A DNA stretch of 64,000 bases from Eledone cirrhosa (lineage: Eukaryota), in the NCBI GenBank assembly GCA_964016885.1, contig OZ024742.1, positions 229,524,001 through 229,588,000 of the forward strand, written 5' to 3'. A model generated the notes under the pieces. It was not told the DNA's origin, made no database searches, and saw nothing but the letters and a program-made list of their open reading frames with translations. Positions 55,860 to 64,000 of the stretch are shown piece by piece. How positions within the stretch are numbered: the first letter of the stretch is position 1; every line of letters starts with the position of its first letter. Both the position numbers and the translations under genes were made by a program.

Positions 55860-56787
55860 GCGGTCCGGTCTTCAGAAGCTGGATCGCTGCAATGCACAGC
55901 GGCAACTTTTCGGTGGTCAAATTTAATGGCCATCTTTCGGAACAGTTTCAGACGTCCCGATTGATCCGTCAATGGTGTCCTCTCTCCTCTCTTCTTTGCG
56001 TATTGACTCTCAAGCATTTACAGTGGAACATGGTGTTGTTGCAGGGCATCCCTCTTGAACGGGGACGAGGAAGGGCTGTGTCAGCCTTTGTGAAAGATCA
56101 CCGTGATATTGTCGAACACCTTGGATATCCATGTGGTCGGCATCTTCTTGGAGGAATATGCAAGTTTGATGTGAGTGAAGCTAAACTCGGAAACGTCGGT
56201 GGGTTTGCAGCTCGGCACATGGAATGACACGTCCATGCCGTTCAACAGCGCCGATAGGCGGTGAACGAATGAACAGGTGAAGTTGCTCCGGGTCTGGTTC
56301 AGATCAGACCTCCAGGTCGAGGTTATGAGAAAAATAGCCACTCTCACCCAGAAATGGTCCGAGAGGAAGCTGTCCCTGAATGGTAGGGCGGAAGTGGTGA
56401 ACACGTACAACACGTGCCTCCGCGCATCACCAAACAGGAACGGCTCCTTTTCAAATTAATGTGGCAGGAACAGGTTTCGTTGGTGAGGTGGTACGTCCGC
56501 TGCCAGCACCCTCTACGCCGAGAGCTGGCCATGCCGTGGCTAATGCTGCCCGAAAATGCGCTGAGGCTGCGGCATCTCCAGATATTCCGCCTAAACAGTG
56601 TACAGGTGTGGTCAGCGTTTGTGAGACGGGTTTTCCGCAGTTGGTCTCTTTGACTGAGCTGTAGTCTTGGTTGAAGAAGAGACCGCGTCTGGGCGCTTGG
56701 CATTTGGAATGTTGCTAAGCGCCATCTGCCCCCTGCTAGGCGGGCCATGTGGTCAGTGGAAATTTCACAACTGAGTTTTATAGAGGA
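55860..56787 (+). pseudogene. Decayed Tx1 ORF2 fragment (left half of an element split by Helitrons)
   Basis: GPVFRSWIAAMHSG..RQWCPLSSLL..WSERKLSLNGRAEV..; ends at EFYRG (TATAGAGGA). Confidence 0.85.
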
Positions 56788-56874
56788 CTAGTAGAATGGC
56801 CAGGCGTTGCTCGGGATTCTAAACATAGATTGGCATGTTTATCCCTCCTTTCTGCAACAGAACAGAGAAGTATA

Positions 56875-56963
<89 letters not shown>

Positions 56964-57169
56964 AAATAACATATTAAAGTTTAAGCAAAGAATCGCTGCT
57001 TTCACCCTTAACGGGATCTTCTGAAACTAAAAAATCAATCTGTGAACGCAGAAGTAAATATTTCGAAAAACGTATACACACTATATATATATATATACAC
57101 ACACACTATATATATACACACACAATCAATCTGTGAACGCAGAAGTAAATATTTCGAAAAACATATACA

Positions 57170-57225
<56 letters not shown>

Positions 57226-58105
57226 GCACACACTATATATACATATATACACACACACATATAGCGTCATAATGTCGTAATGCATACAGCCAGAAATACA
57301 GACAGATATTATAAGGGCGCAACGTTATATCTATGTATCTATTTAAAAAGAAAGAATAAGAATTATAGAGAGAGATCGCTAAATCGCCTAATGCGGTCCC
57401 TAGGGCATTGACAATTTGAAATATCTTTGGCTCAAAACACTCACAGGACCATAAGTATTACATGTGTAAAGTTTGAAAACAATCGGTTGGGTGTTTCTCG
57501 AGTTTTAGGGAGTCAGACAGACAGACAGACATTTTCTGTTTTAGTTATATAGATAGCAGAAAACCACCCGGTGGGCGGTTTTCTGCTAGCAAATCTAGTG
57601 TATATACTGATATTGTTGACATTTGGATGAGAAATGTTTTCGGCACCACATGTTCACCGTCTCTCGGTGTGTCTTTTATGCATGTATAAATATATATGTT
57701 ATCTATACGGTGAAATCTTTGAAATAAATATATGTTAAAACGAAAAAGGAGAAAAAGAGATTAGTGACGGAAATATAAACGTTAAGATACATAAACGTTA
57801 TGATATAACGATGGAAATATATCTTCAAATGGTCCTTGGCATGGTGTCAAGTCAGAACCGCCTCGAACTGGTTACTTCTGGCTTGTGCAAGGTGTCTCTA
57901 TAGCAACCAGCGATTCCCTCGGCCTCAGTGACCAAAGTCAGTGGAGAGGGGAAGGTAATGTTTCTATAGCGACAGTGTTTCTCTTGGTAGTACCACAGTG
58001 GAGAAAGGAAGGGGAAGGTAATATTTCTGTAGCACCTACATTTGAGTTTTAGGGAAGGACAGACAGATAGACAGACAGACAAACAGAGAAATGCCCATAT
58101 ATTTC

Positions 58106-58141
<36 letters not shown>

Positions 58142-58145
<4 letters not shown>

Positions 58146-59774
58146 GGTAAATATTGATGCAATTCAAGTCAAGCACTCAACGTACTTTTTCCACATAGGA
58201 GTGACGGAGTAAATATCGAATAAGGAAAAGCGAAGTAGTTTCAGATGTTCAAGTCCTTTAATAATAATGCTGTGATATATATTTCAATGGCGACACTGGC
58301 CACACTGTTCTGTGTGCGAGTGTCGTGACATCATCAGACAGCTTGTTACATAATAAGGTTATGTTTCCGAGGCAATCCAAATTGAATCGACATGGGAACG
58401 GATGAAATGCGTGCTTTTGGGTTTATCACCCGTTCCCCTGTGAGTACCAATTCACCCCACCGGTCTGCGCGTGCGCATGTCCGAAGGAAGTTGACCATTG
58501 GCTACCGCAGATTTTAACGAAATTCGCTTAGTCATTTCAGCCTCTCAGTGACACAATGGCCCGTACCATAGTTTACTGCTACCCATCACGACTGTGGTAG
58601 TCAGTCGAAAGCCAGAGGGTGGGAGAGTGTTAGTTTTTACAGGTCATAATACTACCTCTCACCTAGCGTGGACAGTACGACTGACCTTCAACTCAAAGGG
58701 AAAATAAACTTAATTCTAAGTATCATGTAAGTTAAGAGTGAGAGTTGGAAATAAAAATTAAAGTCCTAAATCAAGTATCAGAAATTATAAATTAAACAAT
58801 TAAAAAATTAACAATTAGTAATTAAAAGTTAGAAATTTGTTTTCTTCCAGTGAGAATTCGGATTGAGGTGAGTAAAAAAATATAGATTGAAGTGAGTAAA
58901 TAATATGGAGAGAGATGTTTAAGTAAGAAGTTCTGCGAGGGGTTCTAGTGTCACAGTTACCCTATCCACATTGAACGACAGTGCCGTACATTAGAACGGA
59001 GGGTAAGCTACAGCATTCAAGGCATTAGTCAATCTGGAACAGTCATAATTTACATCACATGGAACAATACCAAAGAAAAACAGACATAGAATAAAAACTG
59101 CAAAAATACAGAGTACCAAAGAAAAACAGACATAGAAGAAAAAATGCAAAAACACAGAGTACATATATGCAAAATGATCCATATGATGGTCAATCTGTCC
59201 ATGTATAGATTGAATTGAGGGGGCTTCTGTTCATATGCGATTTGGTGCAGGGAAATAGGGGTTTATCTTATTTTTGGTTTCCGTGTATTTTCCTGCCGAA
59301 AGTTACTATTAGGTCCGTCCAGTTTCAGGGGTTTCCATCCCCATGGTAGAGGGAATTTCCGAGGCAGCCCATGGTTGGTTCCTCTCTTCTCCACCATATC
59401 GGTTACATCGTAAAGCGCTCAACTAATTGGAGCTAAATTATTAGGGTAAACATTGATGCAATTCAATTCAAGCACTCAACGTACTTTTTCCACATAGGAG
59501 TGACGGAGTAAATATCGAATAAGGAAAAGCGAAGTAGTTTCAGATGTTCAAGTCCTTTAATAATAATGCTGTGATATATATTTCAATGACGACACTGGCC
59601 ACGCTGTTCTGTGTGCGAGTGTCGTGACATAACCTTATTATGTAACAAGCTGTCAGATGATGTCACGACACTCACACACAGAACAGTGTGGCTAGTGTCG
59701 CCATTGAAATATATATCACAGCATTATTATTAAAGGACTTCAACATCTGAAACTACTTCGCTTTTCCTTATTCT
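58142..59774 (-). mobile_element. Hammerhead element: ~1.3-kb ORF-less monomer with terminal direct repeat and 5' inverted piece
   Basis: 58142-58331 is repeated at 59441-59630. About 59628-59774 is the reverse complement of about 58218-58364. Flanks are (TA)n or TA-rich. Confidence 0.85.
58269..58342 (-). ncRNA. Type I hammerhead ribozyme motif
   Basis: GCTGT-CTGATGA-tgtca cgacact ... agtgtcg ccatt-GAAA-T-ATAT-ATC-ACAGC. The inverted + copy 59649-59722 has CAGATGA. Confidence 0.8.
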
Positions 59775-60066
59775 CTCTCTCTCTATATATATATTACACA
59801 CACAGAAATGTATATATATATTTCTGTGTGTATATATATATATTTCTGTGTGTGTGTATATATATATATATTACACACACAGAAATGTATATATATTTCT
59901 GTGTGTATATATATATATATTACACACACAGAAATGTCTATATATTTCTTAGAACAAAATTATTATTAATGTTTTGCTGTTCATAACAATTGGAATTGAA
60001 AAATTACTTTTGAAATTATTAGTTATTTTACTAATGTTTAGATATGTAAAAATGAAGCAATGTTTC

Positions 60067-60260
60067 TAATAATTGTTTCTACTTTTGGCACAATGCCAGC
60101 AATTACCCAGTACATTACTGGTACTTTATTTTATCGACCCCGTGAGGATGAAAGGCAAAGTTAACCTCGGCGGTATTTGAACTCAGACCGTAAAGGGACG
60201 TAACTCCATGCTATGAAGCATGGTGTCCGATCTCTACAGATTCTGCCAATCCACCGCCCT
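60067..60260 (-). mobile_element. Full tRNA-derived SINE
   Basis: Family match. Confidence 0.85.
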
Positions 60261-60541
60261 AATGTCTGTACGTAATGAGGGAGTGAGAGGGGAGAGAAAG
60301 AAAGGCAGAGGTGAAGTGACGAAGTGACTCTCTCCTCCTCCTCCTCCTCCATCTCCCCATTCGTCACAGCGATAGAGGAGAGGAATGTTAGTGTGTTACA
60401 AAGAGAAAGAGTGAGAGTGTTGAGAAACAGACAGACTAAAAGAGAGGGATAGCTGGAGAGAGAGATAGCAACCACGCGTGCACGTGTTTCCACTGTCGGA
60501 CAGACAGACAGAGACATTGCTGGTTATATATTATAAGGAGA

Positions 60542-61478
60542 CTAGCAGAAAACCACCCGGTGGGCGGTTTTCTGCTAGCAAATCTAGTGTATATACTGAT
60601 ATTGTTGAGATTTGGATGAGAAATGTTTTCGGCACTACATGTTCACCGTCTCTCGGTGTGTCTTTTATGCATGTATTAATATATATGTTATCTATACGGT
60701 GAAATCTTTGAAATAAATATATGTTAAAACGAAAAAGGAGAAAATAAATAACTGGCGGTTAGAAAAAAATATTCCTATGAAATTTGAATCATACCATTAG
60801 GTGTGAATAAGGAAATATTTTTTTATTGTCAAAACAAATCTTCAAAAGTTAAACTTCAATTTTTTGAATTATTTCCAATTTTTTCATGAAATTGAACACT
60901 GGATATTGGCTGCTGGAAATGGAAATTAAATCGTATTTAATTGTATTTAAATTTCTAACCTTATTTTATTATTTATATATTTTCAATAAGAAATAAAAAA
61001 AACACAACAAAAAAAATTGAAGAAAAAATTGAACAAATCAAACGTAGGTTATGGAACTGCGCAATCTGATTAATAAATTACCTCATCAGCAGCAACCTTC
61101 TTCAAATGGTCCTTATTATCAGCAGCAACAAACACAAATTCAATGGCAACCTTCTTCAAACCACAAATTGAATGGAAACCTTCTTCGCATGGTGTCAAGT
61201 CAGAACCGCTTCGAAATGGTTACTTCTGGCTTGTGCAAGGTGTCTCTATAGCAACCAGCGATTCCCTCGGCCTCAGTGACCAAGGTCAGTGGAGAGGGGA
61301 AGGTAATATTTCTGTAGCACGTGTTTTAGCGTCTATTCACTCTCTCTCTCTCTCCCTCTCTCCCTCCCGCTATCCCCCTCTCGTAGTCTGTCTCTTTCTT
61401 TCACTCTCACTCTCTCTCTACGCACGTGTTTCCACTGTCAGACAGACAGAGAAATTGCTGGTTATATATATAAGTAGA
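60542..61478 (-). mobile_element. Complete ~937-bp non-autonomous Helitron unit; deleted copy at about 57556-58095
   Basis: TC start, (CTGT)n near the 5' end, terminal palindrome ending CTAG. 57556-57757 matches 60543-60743. Confidence 0.75.
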
Positions 61479-62312
61479 TTAGTGATGTCTATGTGCGACG
61501 ACGCTCTTGGAGTGTCACTGGATGTCGAGGAAATCGAACTGACCAGACAGTTGCGGAGGATTTCGGGCCGATTCAAGATAACTTAACAGGAAAGGAAGTG
61601 CTGTCAGACGGACCTGCCCGAGATGAGTGCATAGCGATGAAACCGTTGTGCACGCCCTTGTACAGTGAACGTCCCTATTGTCGCATGTAGGACAGATTCA
61701 GCTATCGACCAAATTCATAGTGAAGATCGATTCGGCGCATTCTTTTGGTTGCGAAGGACATGCAGTTTTCCTCTGCCTAGTGGCAGTAACGAAAGGGGTT
61801 GAATGGTGGACGAGGTTGAAAGGAATGAAGATAGTCTGTTTTCTCTTCGACTTCAACATTTTCAAGTTTCACTTGAAAAAGAACTGCTCTCAAATACATT
61901 TGTTAAAAGGAGAGTTAATTTTGCAAGAATGGCTCGTGTTAATGGGTCTACTCTGAACATATGCCTCTAGGCTGTTGTATTTGAGCTGTATAGGGGTGTT
62001 TTTCCTGGATTCTCTCGAAGCGTCTGTTCGTTCAGGATTGATGGGTACCCGATTCATCCCTGGGTGGTTCTCTCTCCCTCTTCATCGCGGAAATCTGTTG
62101 TTTATATTTTTTGTTAATTGCTTTGTTATCTTTTTACTCAATTTTATCGTAAATCACCACCGTCCCCGTCTTTTTATATTGTTTCCTATGTGTAGGCCCT
62201 TATGGTCAATACAAATTATTACTGTGCACTTTATTCGGAATTATTGTAATCCCCCCTGAACGTCTCTTTGTATTGTCCCCTACATGGCAACTCTTGTGGC
62301 CAATAAATGAAA
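61479..62312 (+). pseudogene. Decayed Tx1 3' part (right half) with 3' UTR
   Basis: LVMSMCDDALG..WWTRLKG..; ends GTGGCCAATAAATGAAATC(ATT)n. Confidence 0.85.
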
Positions 62313-62334
62313 TCATTATTATTATTATTATTAA

Positions 62335-62530
62335 GGGTGGTGGATTGGCAGTATCGGTAGAGGGTCGGACGCCATGCTTTGCAGCAACGAGGTACAGCCC
62401 TTTATGGTCTGAGTTCAAATCCCACCGAGGTTAACTTTGCCTTTCATCCTTACGGGGTCGATAAAATAAAGTACCAGTAATACACTGGAATAATTGCTGG
62501 CCTTGTGCCAAAGTAGAAACAATTATTATT
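62335..62530 (+). mobile_element. Full tRNA-derived SINE
   Basis: TGGCAGTATCGG...GAGTTCAAATCC...(ATT)n. Confidence 0.85.
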
Positions 62531-62542
62531 ATTATTATTATT

Positions 62543-64000
62543 GTTACTCCTTGAGTCTCAGTCATTGATGTTAGTTAACTGGAAAGTCCGTTGGAATGAA
62601 TATCAAGCCACTACCTGCAGCCTCAGATATTCAGGACGTATCGGAGGATTCTTGCTGTTCCCAGCAAGCATGCCTTTTGAAGCGTTCCAAAAAGCGTGAA
62701 GGGGCCGATTTTCTTTAACCATCCCTGGAAACTTTTGGAGATAGTTCCCAGTGCGCCTATGACAATCGGGATCACTTTGACTTCATGGCAGTTCCAAATC
62801 CTTTTTACCTCCCACTTTAAGTCCTGGTATCGGTTAATTTTCTCCCTCTCCTTCTCTTGCACTCCCGTGTCGAATGGGCAGGCCACATCCACAATCAGAC
62901 ACGATCTTTTTTCTTTGTCCACAACCACCAGGTCAGGTCTATTGTGTTCCAGTTTCTTGTCCGTCTGTATCCTAAAATCCCACAGCACCTTCACCTGATC
63001 GTTCTCTATCACCGCCTCTGGCTTATGCTCATACCATTTCTCAGAATGTGGTAAATTGTTTGCTTTGCACAGGTGCCAGTGGATTACCCTGCCCATCACA
63101 TCATGTCCAGCCCTTATAGTGGGTCTGGGCTAGGTGTTTACACTCGGATACAATGTGAGCCACAGTCTCCTCTCTCTCTCTACAGATCCTGCACAGTGGG
63201 CTAGCCTCCTCCTTGTAAATATGGTGTTTCAACCACTTCGTTTTGAGAGCCTGCTCATCCGCAGCCATTAACATTCCTTTTGTAGCCTTTTTAAGGTCTC
63301 CTCTTCTCAACCAGTTACATGTCTGTGGATCTCTAAATTCAGTTTTCTCAAAGAAGGTACTATGAAGGGATTTTTTCTGAAGGCTGCTCTTTCTCCTTGA
63401 TGTTATTTCCTCCTTGGACATCCCCTGGCCTATTGTCCCCTCCTTCAGTACAGTTCTGAGCATTGGCTCCTTACTATCAGTCACGTATTTGTGTAGGTTG
63501 TTTTTCTCCATCTGAACATAGTCCTCTATGCTGATAAGACCTCTTCCACCCTCAGATCTCCTTAAGTAGAGTCTATCGACATCACTCCTCTTGTGGAACA
63601 TGTTGTAGATAGTCAATAGCTTCCTCGTCTTCCTATCCATTTCTTTTTGTTCAGCAACATTCCATCTCAGAATTCCCGCACTGTACCTAATAATAGACAC
63701 AGCTCGGGAATTTACTGCGCTTATGGCATTTCTGCTGTTCAGATGTGACTTCAATACGCTCCTTACTCTCCGAATGTATTCAGTTCTTAACAATTCCTTC
63801 ATTCTTTTGTTGTTTATGCCATCAGCCTCCAGAACGCCCAAATACTTGTATCCTTCCTCAGAGTCAATTTCCTTTATCATCTCACCTGTTGGTATCTAGA
63901 TTCCGTTACTTCTGCTCAACATACCCCTCCTCATCACAATGACTCCACACTTACTAATACCAAACTGCATACATATATCACTGCTGAAAATACGGACAGT
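62543..64000 (-). mobile_element. R4/Dong-type retrotransposon (RT end, CCHC, RLE); frameshift near 63100; runs off the window
   Basis: GYKYLGV, DVDRLY..GGRGL, CRIC..ETVAHIVSEC, RPDLVV..DVACP; nearly identical to 40823-41476; 3' end joins (AAT)n. Confidence 0.92.

Larger units (their letters stand above)
56788..61478 (-). mobile_element. Composite/tandem non-autonomous Helitron insertion (4.7 kb)
   Basis: Minus strand starts A|TCTACTTATATAT at 61478 and ends with hairpin + CTAG|T at 56788. Removing it rejoins Tx1 as TATAGAGGA|TTAGTG, with no TSD. Confidence 0.75.

Overview
Eukaryotic, repeat-saturated, apparently intergenic or intronic DNA. It is probably an octopod cephalopod; this is inferred only from recalled SINE/repeat motifs and the (TA)n richness. 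No host protein-coding gene is supportable. Protein-coding content is all transposon-derived: a near-intact Tx1/L1-clade retrotransposon (2.4-8.2 kb) plus several truncated copies, R4/Dong-type RLE retroelements, CRE- and RTE-type fragments, a decayed hAT(m)-like transposase and a Penelope-like (Naiad-type) endonuclease remnant. Non-coding repeats include many tRNA-derived SINEs, a MITE and Helitrons. The main unexplained signal is about 12 loci (roughly 8 sequence families) of short, ORF-less elements sitting in (TA)n microsatellites. They carry minimal type I hammerhead ribozyme motifs (CUGANGA...GAAA-palindrome-NUH). Many are long foldbacks or partial tandem repeats with an inverted 5' piece, often with a hammerhead on both strands. 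Two diverged copies show compensatory helix changes, and several families share a TTGAGTGCT terminal motif. This looks like a retrozyme-like, Penelope-mobilised system. All alignments and folds were done by eye, so boundaries are approximate.
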